Positions 47,999 through 59,520 of a stretch of DNA of 64,000 bases are shown here, piece by piece; the stretch's first letter is position 1, and each line of letters begins with the position of its first letter. The translations under genes and the position numbers were made by a program. The DNA lies in the NCBI GenBank assembly GCA_963797095.1, contig CAWCNY010000004.1:320001-384000 (forward strand). The letters are read 5' to 3'. The notes below the pieces were generated by a model. It ran no database searches. It saw only the letters and a list, made by a program, of their open reading frames with translations, and was not told the origin of the DNA. This stretch comes from an uncultured Chloroflexia bacterium. GTDB taxonomy: Bacteria > Chloroflexota > Chloroflexia > QHBQ01 > JADMIH01.

Positions 47999-48880
47999 AT
48001 GGAGAAATCAACCTTTACCACCAAGAAAGGTCTCGCCCAGATGCTCAAGGGCGGCGTCATCATGGACGTAGTCACTCCTGAGCACGCCCGCATCGCCGAA
48101 GACGCAGGCGCTGTTGCCGTCATGGCATTGGAGCGTGTTCCCGCCGATATCCGCGCCCAGGGTGGCGTCGCCCGCATGAGCGACCCTGAAATGATAGTCG
48201 GCATCATGGCTGCCGTCACCATCCCTGTGATGGCGAAATGCAGGATCGGCCACTTCATGGAGGCCCGCATCCTCGAAGCCCTAGGCGTCGACTACATAGA
48301 CGAAAGCGAAGTGCTCACCCCAGCCGACGAGCGCTACCACATCAACAAGCACGACTTCAAAGTCCCCTTCGTATGCGGCTGCCGCGACCTCGGCGAAGCC
48401 CTACGCCGCATCGGTGAGGGCGCTGCCATGATCCGCACCAAAGGCGAGGCCGGCACTGGCAACGTCGTAGAGGCAGTGCGCCACATGCGCTCGGTCTGGG
48501 ACGGCATTCGCAAGCTCCAGAACATGCCCCGCGAAGAGCTAATGACCGAAGCCAAAGAACTCGGCGCGCCCTACGACCTCGTTGTCTGGGTCGCCGAGAA
48601 CGGCACCCTTCCCGTCGTCAACTTCGCCGCCGGTGGCGTAGCCACCCCCGCCGACGCCGCCCTCATGATGGCCCTCGGCGCAGATGGTGTCTTCGTGGGC
48701 TCCGGCATCTTCAAGTCCGGCGACCCCGCCCGCCGCGCCCGCGCCATCGTCCAGGCCGTCACCCACTACAATGACCCCGCGATCCTTGCGGATGTAAGCC
48801 GCAACCTTGGTGAGGCAATGGTAGGTATCAACGTCTCCACCCTCCCCCAGGAAGAGCTACTTTCGGTAAGGGGTTGGTAA
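47999..48880 (+). CDS. pdxS: Pyridoxal 5'-phosphate synthase lyase subunit
   Basis: [51 protein letters not shown]; GGAGG SD before ATG 47999. Confidence 0.98.
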   Translation: MEKSTFTTKKGLAQMLKGGVIMDVVTPEHARIAEDAGAVAVMALERVPADIRAQGGVARMSDPEMIVGIMAAVTIPVMAKCRIGHFMEARILEALGVDYIDESEVLTPADERYHINKHDFKVPFVCGCRDLGEALRRIGEGAAMIRTKGEAGTGNVVEAVRHMRSVWDGIRKLQNMPREELMTEAKELGAPYDLVVWVAENGTLPVVNFAAGGVATPADAALMMALGADGVFVGSGIFKSGDPARRARAIVQAVTHYNDPAILADVSRNLGEAMVGINVSTLPQEELLSVRGW

Positions 48881-48964
48881 ACCCATTGCGGGTTTTAGAT
48901 TTCGGATTGCAGATTGTTATCGCACGAGAAGTCCGAGATCCAAAATCCGCAACCTACAGTCAAA

Positions 48965-49546
48965 ATGATAAGGATTGGCGTTCTCGCCCTTCAGGGCGCA
49001 TTCCGCGAGCATGTCGAGGCCCTGCGTAAGCTGGGTGCCGAAGCCGTTGAGGTCCGTCTGCCTGAGCAGCTAGAGGGCCTCGACGGCCTCATCATCCCCG
49101 GTGGAGAAAGTACCACAATCGGCAAATTAGCGGTACAATATGGATTAGAGGAAGCGATCAGGCGCTTCGCTCAACAAGGCAAGCCGGTCTACGGCACCTG
49201 CGCTGGTATGATCATGCTGTCAAGAGATGTCGGGCGCGACCAGCCCCTCCTCGGCCTCATGAACATCAAAGTTGAGCGCAACGCCTTTGGTCGCCAGCTT
49301 GACAGCTTCGAAACCGACCTGGATATCCCCGCCCTCGGCAAGAAGCCGTTCCACGCCGTCTTTATCCGTGCACCCAGGATAGAGAGCGTGGGCGAAGGCG
49401 TCGACGTCCTATCCCGCCTTGACGACAACACAGCCGTCGCCGCCCGCCAGGGCAACGTGATAGTCACCGCCTTCCACCCCGAACTAACTGACGACTTGCG
49501 TTGGCATCGCTATTTCCTGTCATTGGTGGAAGATCAGAAAGCCTAG
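48965..49546 (+). CDS. pdxT: Pyridoxal 5'-phosphate synthase glutaminase subunit
   Basis: [45 protein letters not shown]. Confidence 0.98.
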   Translation: MIRIGVLALQGAFREHVEALRKLGAEAVEVRLPEQLEGLDGLIIPGGESTTIGKLAVQYGLEEAIRRFAQQGKPVYGTCAGMIMLSRDVGRDQPLLGLMNIKVERNAFGRQLDSFETDLDIPALGKKPFHAVFIRAPRIESVGEGVDVLSRLDDNTAVAARQGNVIVTAFHPELTDDLRWHRYFLSLVEDQKA

Positions 49547-49615
49547 TTACGAATTACACCCTCATCAATTCACCCGCTTAGTAATTGAAGTTCGTAACGT
49601 CCTGAAAGGAGAGGT

Positions 49616-50641
49616 ATGGCCTACAAGATGAGGCATGCGAATCTCCTTGACCTGTTGAGCATCAGCGCTACGCGGGGCAAGCAGCGTGTGCTCCGCCTCA
49701 ATCCCCCCTATACCCTCGTCCAGCCTCAGGCCCTCTTGACCGACCTCCTGCGGTCCCAACTTCCCATCCAGCCACGCTTCAACTTCGTCTACGTTTACCG
49801 CGATGCTGGCCGCACCCAGGGCTGGATTCAGGCCCGCTGCCGTTGGCAAAGGCGCGACGAGTGGACTATCACAACTCTCTCCACCAACGAAAAAGCCTCG
49901 CCATATGTCGGCGAGCGACTCCTCAAGGAGCTTGTACGTGAGGCGGGCGAACAGGGCGTGATCCGCGTCTTCGCCAAAATACCCGAAGACGAGCCTCAAC
50001 TCCGCACCTTCCGCGCCCTCGGCTTCACACTCTACACCAACGAAGAAATCTGGGGCAACCTCTATTTCGGTGCCTCCACAACCGTCACCGAACCGCGAGA
50101 CGGCCCCCTCCGCAAGCTCCTTCGCACACGCACAGCCCGCGACGCCTGGGACCTCATGCAACTCTACGCCGCCATAACCCCTGCCGTCGTCCAGCGGGCC
50201 GAAATGCTCACCACCCGCCAGTGGCATATCAGCCACATCCCGCGCCCCTGGTTCCTGGCACAGGGTCTGCTTGAAAAGTCGTACGTCTGGCAGGACCTCA
50301 ACGACAAGTCGGACGGTCTGGGCGGTTTCGTGCGACTCCTCACCGGGGCCAACGGCCACTGGATCACGGTCATGTGCAGGCCCGATCTAGCCAACCGCGC
50401 AGTCGTACCGGTTGCAATCGATTTTGTATTGTGGAAAGCCGCGCGCCACTCCAATAAACCGGTATATTGTAGTATCAGAGAATATCAGGCCGAGGTAGGA
50501 ACCCTGTTGGAGGAACGGGGCTTCCACCTACTAAGCAGGCAAGCGCTACTCGTCAAATACCTCGCAGAGCCGATCAAGGAAAAACAACCCGCCCTTGCCC
50601 CCTTCCTGGTAAAGACAGGTGAGTTGGTGGGGACGAAGTAA
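49616..50641 (+). CDS. Hypothetical protein, probable tandem GNAT-like fold
   Basis: GGAGAGG SD; VGERLLKEL...GVIRVFAK...FRALGF and LLEERGF resemble two GNAT C-terminal motifs. Confidence 0.6.
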   Translation: MAYKMRHANLLDLLSISATRGKQRVLRLNPPYTLVQPQALLTDLLRSQLPIQPRFNFVYVYRDAGRTQGWIQARCRWQRRDEWTITTLSTNEKASPYVGERLLKELVREAGEQGVIRVFAKIPEDEPQLRTFRALGFTLYTNEEIWGNLYFGASTTVTEPRDGPLRKLLRTRTARDAWDLMQLYAAITPAVVQRAEMLTTRQWHISHIPRPWFLAQGLLEKSYVWQDLNDKSDGLGGFVRLLTGANGHWITVMCRPDLANRAVVPVAIDFVLWKAARHSNKPVYCSIREYQAEVGTLLEERGFHLLSRQALLVKYLAEPIKEKQPALAPFLVKTGELVGTK

Positions 50642-50826
50642 GCTGGCACTTCTGAATTCGTAGTCACTGGTTTGAGCATTACACCCTCCGTGCGGGCCGA
50701 AGTCGGTCTACCGACCGATACACTCTAACAGCGAGTTTGGTACAATTAGGATAAAACCCTACTCAAACTTATACCTCTAAACCTCAAACCTCAATCTTCT
50801 AAACACAGAACTGCCAAACCAAAGGG

Positions 50827-52833
50827 GTGATCCTTCCTAATATGTATTCTCCAAAAATTGATCAGTCCGAACTGGACTACCAAGGTTCATTAACGAACCT
50901 GCCCTCCCAGGCTGAAACAGCCGACCTCCAAACCTATGGAGCGCAACTAGGCACTAATCCCAATGAAATAGTACGCGGTGGTGGCGAGCACGTAGTCACA
51001 GACGATCTGGACGCCCTCCTCGCCGCTCTGCCAATCCATATTGTCGATCCGCTGAAAGCCCTCAATAACAGGGTCAATCTGCTTGAAGTAGTCATGGACT
51101 TGGGGCGACGCCCCGAAGCCCGCTATCGTGGCAGCGAGGCCTCTCTCAGCGAAAACGAAGTCACCCGCGCCGAGCTTGACTATGTCATCTCACGCATCGG
51201 TGAATTCGGTGGAGACAACCGCGCCGGTATCGAGCGCACCCTCCACCGTATCTCCTGCATCCGCAACCGCCGGGGCGATGTGGTTGGTCTCACCTGCCGC
51301 ATCGGTCGAGCAGTCTATGGCACTATCTCCATCATCAAAGACCTCGTCGAGACAGGGCGAAGCATCCTTCTTGTCGGCCCTCCGGGCGTCGGCAAAACTA
51401 CCATCCTGCGCGAATGCGCTCGCGTCCTCGCCGATGAGCTTCGCAAGCGCGTGGTGGTGGTCGACACCTCCAACGAGATCGCAGGCGACGGCGATATCCC
51501 GCACAACTCCATAGGGAGGGCGCGCCGTATGCAGGTGCCCGTCCCTGAGCGACAGCATGCCGTCATGATCGAGGCCGTGGAAAACCACATGCCCGAAGTC
51601 ATCATCATTGATGAGATCGGCACCGAGCTTGAGGCACTTGCGGCCCGCACTATCGCCGAGCGCGGCGTGCAGCTTGTGGGCACCGCCCACGGCACCAGCC
51701 TCGAAAACCTCATGCTCAACCCCACTCTCTCCGACCTCGTAGGCGGCATCCAGTCCGTCACCCTCAGCGACGAAGAAGCCCGGCGGCGCGGCACCCAGAA
51801 GTCTGTTCTGGAGCGCAAAGCCCCGCCCACCTTCGACATCATCGTCGAGCTACTGGATCGCGAGCGCGTTGCCGTTCATCGCGACGTGGCCGAAACGGTC
51901 GACTCCCTCCTGCGTGGCGAGATTATCCCGCCTGAGATCAGGACGCGCCTCTCCGATGGCAGCATCCACACCGAGATCGCCCACCTCGCCCCCCCCACGC
52001 CTCGTGGCAACGGCGTCACAGGCAGGCGTGATAGCGGTCGCGGGCAGGAGCGAGGTTGGGGGTATCAGGGCGCTAGCAACCTTCCAAATGCCCCCAGGCG
52101 TCAGATGCCCGAAGCCCCGGCTATGCGCCGCGACAGGCCGATGGAGTACCCGCGCGGCGCGGCCCAACAAAGGGGAGGGATCCCCTACCCTTTCGAGCGT
52201 GAGCGCGCTGCTAACGGCAACCCTCCCTCAACCCCGGCCGGGGAGATGCAGGGCACATCGCGTGTGTACGACACGCGCGATCCCTGGGTTGCCCAGCAGG
52301 AAGAGCGGGAGCGCACCAACTCAGCGCGCATCGGCCCCAACGCAATGAGCGTTGTGCAAGGCGTCTCACCTAGCAAGCCATTGCGTATCTACCCGTTCGG
52401 CGTCGGCAGGAACCGCCTCGAGGCCGCCATCAAGAACCTCCGCCTGCCCGCCTCGATCGTCCGCGAGATGAACGACTCCGACCTGGTGCTCACCCTCAAG
52501 AACTACTACCGCAAGAGTCCCCAGGCGCTCCGCGCCGCCGAATCGGCAGGTGTGCCCGTCTTCGTCCTCAAAAGTAACACTCAGCTACAGATCGAGTCCG
52601 CCCTGGCAAACGTCTTCAACGTGGAGCCAGCGGGCGACCCGGTAACCACCGCCATGGTTGAGGCCGAAGACGCCATCGCCGTAGTGATGGAGACCGCCAG
52701 GCCCATGGACCTCGCCCCCCAGACAGCCGAGATACGCAAACTCCAGCACCAGCTCGCCGACCGCTACAACCTCGCCTCCGTAAGCCGGGGCAAAGAGCCG
52801 TTCAGGCGCGTCCGCATCTTCCGCCAGGCCTGA
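50827..52833 (+). CDS. Ycf45/SpoIIIAA-like AAA ATPase with C-terminal R3H domain
   Basis: [47 protein letters not shown]...S.GKEPFRRV. Confidence 0.9.
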   Translation: MILPNMYSPKIDQSELDYQGSLTNLPSQAETADLQTYGAQLGTNPNEIVRGGGEHVVTDDLDALLAALPIHIVDPLKALNNRVNLLEVVMDLGRRPEARYRGSEASLSENEVTRAELDYVISRIGEFGGDNRAGIERTLHRISCIRNRRGDVVGLTCRIGRAVYGTISIIKDLVETGRSILLVGPPGVGKTTILRECARVLADELRKRVVVVDTSNEIAGDGDIPHNSIGRARRMQVPVPERQHAVMIEAVENHMPEVIIIDEIGTELEALAARTIAERGVQLVGTAHGTSLENLMLNPTLSDLVGGIQSVTLSDEEARRRGTQKSVLERKAPPTFDIIVELLDRERVAVHRDVAETVDSLLRGEIIPPEIRTRLSDGSIHTEIAHLAPPTPRGNGVTGRRDSGRGQERGWGYQGASNLPNAPRRQMPEAPAMRRDRPMEYPRGAAQQRGGIPYPFERERAANGNPPSTPAGEMQGTSRVYDTRDPWVAQQEERERTNSARIGPNAMSVVQGVSPSKPLRIYPFGVGRNRLEAAIKNLRLPASIVREMNDSDLVLTLKNYYRKSPQALRAAESAGVPVFVLKSNTQLQIESALANVFNVEPAGDPVTTAMVEAEDAIAVVMETARPMDLAPQTAEIRKLQHQLADRYNLASVSRGKEPFRRVRIFRQA

Positions 52834-52852
52834 TTTTCAATCGAGTGTTCGA

Positions 52853-52997
52853 GAAACATGAAGCATCCCGAATTTTAGGTGCAGCTTCGCAGGCGTGCGA
52901 TACCGACCAAGCCGTAGTCCCGTAAGGACTTAAGAATAAGCACTCCGATCCTATATGATGCAATGCTCTGCTGTCTCTACGGGACTACGGCTTTGGT
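52853..52997. repeat. Dispersed repeat plus REP-like inverted repeat
   Basis: 52853-52892 matches 25553-25592; ACCAAGCCGTAGTCCCGTA (52906-52924) pairs with TACGGGACTACGGCTTTGGT (52978-52997). Confidence 0.6.
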
Positions 52998-53182
52998 AGC
53001 AAGGGAGGCAGTGCCGCCACAAGGGGTACCTTTGAATTGCTGTTGCGCTTCAGATGATCTGAAACGCCTAACTGCAATCTTCTGCTTGACAGACCGCGCT
53101 ACAATCCGCTAGTATTGCCATCGTCATACCTCCACGCTCCCCCTAAAGCTCAAGTTGAACAATTCACCTCTCAACACGACAC

Positions 53183-53512
53183 ATGAAAGCAGTAGTGGCC
53201 GTAGTCCAGGGCCAGGACACAATAAAGCTGGGGAACGCTCTCCGTCAAAAGGGCATCCCCTTCACTACCATCGACAGCACGGGTGGCTTCCTGCGCGAGC
53301 GCAACTCCACCTTCATGATCGGTATGCCCGACGAGAATCTCCAGAACGTACTCGACGTGATTTCGGATAGTTGCCACACGCGCAATGAATACGTCTCGTC
53401 CTACCCCTCAGCCTTCGACCCTGCCGAATTCTACATGCCCCGCCCTATAGAAGTGCAGGTAGGCGGTGCCTCTGTCTGGGTCCTCGACGTAGAACGCTTC
53501 GAACCCCTCTGA
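53183..53512 (+). CDS. darA: c-di-AMP receptor, PII-like (DarA/PstA family)
   Basis: MK.VVAVVQ.QD, STGGFLR..NST..IG, C.TR, EVQVGGA.VWVLDVERF. Confidence 0.85.
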   Translation: MKAVVAVVQGQDTIKLGNALRQKGIPFTTIDSTGGFLRERNSTFMIGMPDENLQNVLDVISDSCHTRNEYVSSYPSAFDPAEFYMPRPIEVQVGGASVWVLDVERFEPL

Positions 53513-53711
53513 AGGGTAGCGAGTTCAAATTCCCCACTACTCGCGTCTCGCCACTCGCGTCTCGGTACTCGTCACTCGTAACTCTCACACGTCAGTATGA
53601 TATAATAGAGTTTACGTGCGGCCTCGGCTCCCACTTGGGCCGCTTTCTTGTGGAAACAACCTTACGCTTCCAGCGTACTAATATCCCCGATTGGATGGGT
53701 TCTAAGACAAA

Positions 53712-54143
53712 ATGCCGGAGTTCCTGAATCAAGTAGCTTCTTTCTTACAGTTCTTCCTCGCCTGCACAGGCGCATATCTCCTAGCTCTCTATTTTGCCAG
53801 CATAGTTTGGGCTTACCGCGACATCACAGCCCGCACCCGAGACGTATTTTCAATCACCCTCGGCCTGGGTCTGGTTATCCTCGTCCCCTTCGCTGGCCTC
53901 GTCCTCTATCTCGTCCTCAGGCCCAAAGAAACCCTCTCCGAGGCATACGAACGCGCCCTCGAAGAAGAATATCTCCTCCAGGATATAGAAGATACCGAGC
54001 TATGCCCATCGTGCAAGCGCCGCGTCCAGGGCGACTACCTGTTTTGCCCCCATTGCCGCACCAAGCTCCGCGACGAATGCGAGAATTGCGGTCGCCCAAT
54101 AAGCGTCCGCTGGGCCGCCTGCCCCTACTGCGGCAAACAATAG
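53712..54143 (+). CDS. Membrane protein with double zinc ribbon
   Basis: Two to three TMs, WAYRDITAR, YLVLRPKET, CPSC/CPHC/CENC/CPYC. Confidence 0.85.
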   Translation: MPEFLNQVASFLQFFLACTGAYLLALYFASIVWAYRDITARTRDVFSITLGLGLVILVPFAGLVLYLVLRPKETLSEAYERALEEEYLLQDIEDTELCPSCKRRVQGDYLFCPHCRTKLRDECENCGRPISVRWAACPYCGKQ

Positions 54144-54144
54144 C

Positions 54145-55119
54145 CTACCATCTCGGCCACGCTTCAACTGCCTCAGCCCGCAGCTTCACATAGCTCTCGT
54201 ATCGCGATAGCGCGATCTTCCCACTCTCCACAGCCCCTCTGACAGCGCATCCTGGCTCAGCCAGGTGCGCGCAATCGCTGAACCTGCACTCACCCAGAAA
54301 TGGGCGGAACTCAGGAAAGCAGTGCGGCAAATCCTCCGGCGGAATCAGCCACAATCCCACCTCCCGCAGCCCTGCCGTATCCGCCACCGAAGCCCCACCC
54401 GGCAACCTGATCAGGTACCCGCCCACTGTCGTATGCCGCCCTTTCCCATACGCCTCGCTTACGCGCCCCACCTTCAACCGCAATCCCGAATACAAAGCAT
54501 TGAGCAAACTCGACTTCCCCACACCAGACGGCCCCACAAATACAGATTCCTTCCCCTCCAACGCCTCCCTCAACCGCACCAATCCCTCCCCCGTTTCCAC
54601 GCTGGTGTAATGCACTGCGTAACCCGCCTCTTCATAAGGCCGCATCTCCACCCATATCGTCTTCTCACCATCCCCCTCTACCTCGCTACTCGCGTCTCGC
54701 GGCTCGCTACTCCCGGCAAGGTCCATCTTATTGATCACAATCTGCGCCACCAGGTCGTTAGCCTCCACCACAGCCAGGAACCTGTTGAGAGTAGCAGCAT
54801 TGAAAGCGGGCTGCGAGGCGGCAAACACCACCACCACCTGGTCGACATTGGCAATCAACACCTGCCTGCGCATCACCTTCCCCGCCGCCCGCCTTGCCAG
54901 CACGCTTCGCCTGGGCAATACCTCCGCGATAGCATAAGCGTCCCCCACCGCCTCAATCCGCACAAAGTCGCCCACAGCGGGAGGGTCCGCCCCGAATAGC
55001 CTCCCCCGGATCGCACACTGGATTGTCCTCTCCCCAACTTGCACCGTGGCAACATCCGCATACAACCTGATGATCTGCCCCCTGTTAGTACTCTGTGCCA
55101 AATGCCCCCCTTTAACCAA
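54145..55119 (-). CDS. rsgA: Ribosome small subunit-dependent GTPase A
   Basis: AVGD, ANVDQ, NKMD, GPSGVGKSSL, GRHTT, DTAG, C.FSDCAH..EPGC. Confidence 0.95.
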   Translation of the reverse strand: MVKGGHLAQSTNRGQIIRLYADVATVQVGERTIQCAIRGRLFGADPPAVGDFVRIEAVGDAYAIAEVLPRRSVLARRAAGKVMRRQVLIANVDQVVVVFAASQPAFNAATLNRFLAVVEANDLVAQIVINKMDLAGSSEPRDASSEVEGDGEKTIWVEMRPYEEAGYAVHYTSVETGEGLVRLREALEGKESVFVGPSGVGKSSLLNALYSGLRLKVGRVSEAYGKGRHTTVGGYLIRLPGGASVADTAGLREVGLWLIPPEDLPHCFPEFRPFLGECRFSDCAHLAEPGCAVRGAVESGKIALSRYESYVKLRAEAVEAWPRW

Positions 55120-55358
55120 TTCAATCCAATCAACCTCGTTCTACTCACGCGTGCATTATAGTTAGCCGCCGCCTGCGCCGTCAATCGGTTAACAGGAAAG
55201 CATCTATTTGTATCCTGATGTGTTAGAGAGCATGACAGATGGTACGTTCTCTGCTATACTCGAAGCCGTGCGCGTGTCATTGGCTGGCATTCTTGCCCGT
55301 TCATCAATGCTGCGCACGTGTCTTGTCGTGCCCATAACCCTCTCTAAAGGAAGATCAA

Positions 55359-56536
55359 ATGACCTCGACCCTCTGGCGCCGTTCGTTCTTGCTTGTCCTG
55401 CTCCTCGTCAGCTTCTCGTCGATTTCTGCCCCGACCGGTCGCCCCGAGGATCGTGGGGTAGCACACGCGCTGGCGAACCCCAACCCGCTCTTCGGCTTCC
55501 TGACGTCCCCCTCGCAACCGCCAGTACCGCCAATTACGCTTTCGCCACCACCACCGACGCCACTTCCACCAACACAGCTGTCGTCACGTCCACCGCCACA
55601 CCCACTTCCTCATCTACGATGACTTTCACATCAACCCCAACCAACTCCCCAACTCCAACCTCCACCAACACCGTCACCCCAGCCACTACTAACTCACCTA
55701 CTCCCATCGATAGTTACACAGCCACCCCCGCCCACACCCAAACGCCTACCCTGCCTCCCACAAGCACCGTCCCGGCCGCCACCAATACAGCAACAGCTAC
55801 CCCCTCCCCAACAGGAACGCTAATGATCGAACCCACCGCCACACAATCAAGCACAGCCACAAGCGTACCGTCCAGCACCACCACTTCCACACCGACCCCG
55901 ACCCCCTGCATCATCATCTTCAGCGACGTACTCCCGACCGACTGGTTCTACAACTACATCCAGTGGATGTACTGCCATTCAGTCGTCACCGGCTACACAA
56001 CCTCTCCACCCTGCTCTCCCGCCCAGGCCCCATGCTTCCTCCCCGCCAATCCCACCACCAGGGGCCAGATGGCAAAGATAGTGATACTCGCCTTCAACTT
56101 CCCGCCCAACACTACAGGCGGCCCACACTTCTCAGATGTCCCGGCGTCCTCCAACTTCTATGCCTACATCGAGACCGCCCGCAACCTGAGTCTAGTCGGT
56201 GGCTACCCCGATGGCACCTATCGCCCAGCCAACAACGTTACCAGCGGCCAGATAGCCAAGATGGTGGTCTCAGCCGCCATCGCCGCCGACCCCGCCCACT
56301 GGACCCTCCAAAACCCGCCCACCAATACCTTGCAGGACATCCAGCCGGGCTCCACCTTCTACGACTACATCGAAACCGCCTTCACCCACCAAATACTCGC
56401 GGGCTACCCATGCGGCGCACCCCCTGCCGGACCATGCTCCTCACCCGCCAATAAGCCCTATTACCTGCCAAACTCACAAGCCACCAGGGCCCAAATCTCC
56501 AAAATAACCTACCTGGCAGCCACCTACGACAGGTAG
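55359..56536 (+). CDS. S-layer homology (SLH) domain protein with Thr/Pro linker; signal peptide out of frame (frameshift near 55507-55511)
   Basis: Three SLH repeats (FSDV...TRGQ, FSDV...TSGQ, LQDI...TRAQ). A signal peptide MTSTLWRRSFLLVLLLV with AAAGGA SD starts at 55359 in another frame. Confidence 0.7.
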
Positions 56537-56710
56537 ACGGTAGTCGGAACCAGGAACTTGCACCTTGCAACTTGGAACTTGCAACTTTCGTCCTTCGCCC
56601 TCCCTCCCCTTGCCCCATCTCGTGATTTCCTTTACAATGAATCGGTATCCCCAATGAAGGGGATACACAAAATCGGCTTCATCACTGCATGAAAAACAAG
56701 GGGGTTCTAT

Positions 56711-58297
56711 ATGCAGGACACAATGCAGGCCGCCGGCCCGCAACTCGACATCGACATCGACCCAGATAGGCATAACCTGCCCACCGCCCTCCTCTACGAA
56801 CACGCCATCCGCAACAATGAAGGCCTGCTCGCGGCCGATGGTGCCCTCGTGGTCAGCACAGGACAATACACAGGCCGCTCGCCCAAAGACAAGTTTGTCG
56901 TAAAAGAGCCGTCAAGCAACTCCAAAATATGGTGGGGACCGGTCAACCAACCGCTCAGCGAGGAGCATTTCGACCACCTCCACCACCGCATGATCGACTA
57001 CCTCAAGGGTAAGAAGCTCTACGTACAGGATGTCTTCGTAGGAGCCGACCCTGACTACAGACTCTCCGTCCGTATCTACACCGAAACCGCCTGGGCCAAC
57101 CTCTTCGCCCGCAACCTCTTCATCAGGCCCACCCCTCACGAGCTAGCCACCTTCACCCCTGATTTCGCCGTGGTCAACGTGCCATCCTTCAAGGCCGGGC
57201 CCTCCGAAGAAGGCACCCGCACAGAGACATTCATCGCCCTCAACCTTGCCCAGAAGTTGGTACTCATTGGCGGTACCGAATACGCGGGCGAAATTAAGAA
57301 GAGCATGTTCACAGTAATGAACTACGTCCTTCCCATGCGCGGCGTCATGCCAATGCACTGCTCCGCCAACATCGGCCCCGATGGCTCAACTGCCCTCTTC
57401 TTCGGCCTATCCGGCACAGGCAAAACCACCCTCTCCGCCGACCCTTCCCGCACTCTCATAGGCGACGACGAGCACGGTTGGAGCGAGCGCGGCGTCTTCA
57501 ACTTTGAAGGTGGTTGTTACGCAAAAGTAATCAAGCTCTCCAAAAAAGCTGAGCCAGCCATCTGGCGCGCCTCTCACACATTCGGCACCGTGCTCGAAAA
57601 CGTCGTGATAGATCCGGAGACCCGCCAGCTTAACCTCGACAGCGACGCTCTCACCGAAAACACCCGCTCTGCCTACCCTATCGACTTCATCTGGAACGCC
57701 TCGCCAACCGGCATGGGCAGCCACCCCAGAAACGTTCTCATGCTCACCGCCGATGCCTTCGGCGTTATGCCTCCTATCGCCAAGCTCACTCCCGAACAGG
57801 CTATGTACTACTTCCTCTCAGGCTACACCGCCAAGCTGGCAGGCACCGAGCGCGGCGTCACCAAGCCCGAACCCGAATTCTCCACCTGCTTCGGCTCCCC
57901 CTTCCTTCCCCTCCCGCCCATGACCTACGCTCGCATGCTCGGTGAAAAGATATGGGAGCATGGCTCCGACGTATGGCTCGTAAACACCGGGTGGACCGGC
58001 GGACCATATGGTATGGGCCATCGCATGAGCATCGCCTACACACGGGCCATGGTTACCGCCGCCCTCGACGGCTCGCTCGCAAAAGTCCCCACCCACGTCG
58101 ACCCAATCTTTGGCATCCACGTGCCTACCAGTTGTCCTGGCGTCCCATCCGAGGTCCTCTGGCCCAAGAACACCTGGTCCGACCACAACGCCTACGACGA
58201 AGCAGCACACAACCTGGCGCTTCGCTTCCAGGAAAACTTCGCCCAGTTCCAGGATCAAGTCACAGCAGAGGTGCGCAACGCGGGTCCCAAAGTCTGA
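56711..58297 (+). CDS. pckA: Phosphoenolpyruvate carboxykinase (ATP)
   Basis: TGRSPKDK, YAGEIKK, MHCSAN, GLSGTGKTTLS, IGDDEHGW, NFEGGCYAK, NTGWTGG. Confidence 0.98.
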   Translation: MQDTMQAAGPQLDIDIDPDRHNLPTALLYEHAIRNNEGLLAADGALVVSTGQYTGRSPKDKFVVKEPSSNSKIWWGPVNQPLSEEHFDHLHHRMIDYLKGKKLYVQDVFVGADPDYRLSVRIYTETAWANLFARNLFIRPTPHELATFTPDFAVVNVPSFKAGPSEEGTRTETFIALNLAQKLVLIGGTEYAGEIKKSMFTVMNYVLPMRGVMPMHCSANIGPDGSTALFFGLSGTGKTTLSADPSRTLIGDDEHGWSERGVFNFEGGCYAKVIKLSKKAEPAIWRASHTFGTVLENVVIDPETRQLNLDSDALTENTRSAYPIDFIWNASPTGMGSHPRNVLMLTADAFGVMPPIAKLTPEQAMYYFLSGYTAKLAGTERGVTKPEPEFSTCFGSPFLPLPPMTYARMLGEKIWEHGSDVWLVNTGWTGGPYGMGHRMSIAYTRAMVTAALDGSLAKVPTHVDPIFGIHVPTSCPGVPSEVLWPKNTWSDHNAYDEAAHNLALRFQENFAQFQDQVTAEVRNAGPKV

Positions 58298-58327
58298 CCC
58301 ATACTTTCAACCTTAATCACAAATGAC

Positions 58328-58366
58328 ATACAACAGGGGCGGGTTTGAAACCCGCCCCTGTTGTAT
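58328..58366. terminator. Strong hairpin after pckA (terminator/REP-like)
   Basis: ATACAACAGGGGCGGGTTTGAAACCCGCCCCTGTTGTAT is a near-perfect palindrome. Confidence 0.65.
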
Positions 58367-58506
58367 GTTGCCCAGCACATTACCAAAGTCACCCCGTCAC
58401 TTACTTTCTCCATTCCTCTGTAATGACTTTGCCCTCTCACATCTAAGGCACTGCCAGTGGTAGGCTAAAAACAAGACATGAATTCACCCCCACTGAGGAG
58501 AAAAAG

Positions 58507-59490
58507 GTGACACTAGAAACAATAACATCGCAAAGAATTGGCGCAATTACGGCCCCAGCACCCCGGCCAACCGCCGAATCAGTGATCATCATCCAGGACC
58601 TTCGCGTATCCTACGGCACCGTGAAGGCCGTACAGGGCATCAGCTTCCAGGTCAAGCCAGGCGAGATTTTCGGCCTCGTCGGCCCAAATGGCGCGGGCAA
58701 GACCACCACCCTCTCGGTCATCGAAGGCATTGTAAAGCCCGACTCCGGCACTGTTTTCGTACTCGGCTATGATGTTCAGAAGCACCCGACCGAAGTGAAG
58801 GTACGCCTCGGCATCAGCCTCCAGAGCACCTCCTTCTTCGACAATCTCAAGGTCTGGGAGCTGATCGAGCTCTATGCTGGCCTCTACGAAGTCTATCTGA
58901 GCAGAGAACAGATCGACGAGCTGTTATGCCGCTTCGAGCTTCAAGAGAAAGCCAATGTGTTGGCCTCCCAATTGTCGGGCGGCCAGCAGCAGCGTCTCGC
59001 CCTCGCCCTTGCCATAGCCAACAACCCCCAAATCGTCGTCCTCGACGAGCCGACCACCGGCCTCGACCCCCAGGCCCGCCGGGCGGTCTGGGACATCATT
59101 CGCAACCTGCGCGACGAGGGCCGCACCCTCCTCCTGACCACCCACTATATGGAGGAAGCCCAGGAGCTTTGCAACCGCGTCGGGATTATCGACAGGGGCG
59201 AGCTAATTGCCCTCAACACTCCCGGCGGCCTGATCAACAGCCTCAAGGCCGAAAGCGTAGTGACCGTCACCGACCAGTTCCCCTTGTCCGACGTGCAGGA
59301 ATTGCCCGCTGCGTCGTCCGCACACTACGAAGCAGATCGACTTGTAGTCCACACCACCAACGTCCAGGAAACGGTCCTCGGCCTCCAAAAGCTGGCCGTA
59401 GAGCATCGCCAGCTCCTGAGCGACCTGACAATAAGGCAACCCGACCTCGAAGATGTATTTATCGCCCTCACAGGCAGAAACATAAGATAA
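58507..59490 (+). CDS. ABC transporter ATP-binding protein (multidrug type)
   Basis: GPNGAGKT, LSGGQQQR, VLDEPTTGLD, TTH. Confidence 0.95.
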   Translation: MTLETITSQRIGAITAPAPRPTAESVIIIQDLRVSYGTVKAVQGISFQVKPGEIFGLVGPNGAGKTTTLSVIEGIVKPDSGTVFVLGYDVQKHPTEVKVRLGISLQSTSFFDNLKVWELIELYAGLYEVYLSREQIDELLCRFELQEKANVLASQLSGGQQQRLALALAIANNPQIVVLDEPTTGLDPQARRAVWDIIRNLRDEGRTLLLTTHYMEEAQELCNRVGIIDRGELIALNTPGGLINSLKAESVVTVTDQFPLSDVQELPAASSAHYEADRLVVHTTNVQETVLGLQKLAVEHRQLLSDLTIRQPDLEDVFIALTGRNIR

Positions 59491-59520
59491 CAGACCTCAA
59501 CCTGACACAGGAGACCGACA

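Noticed and set aside
55208-55500. Track N-terminus of the SLH protein (MYPDVLES...)
   Set aside because: Not signal-peptide-like; a better SD plus signal peptide starts at 55359 in another frame.
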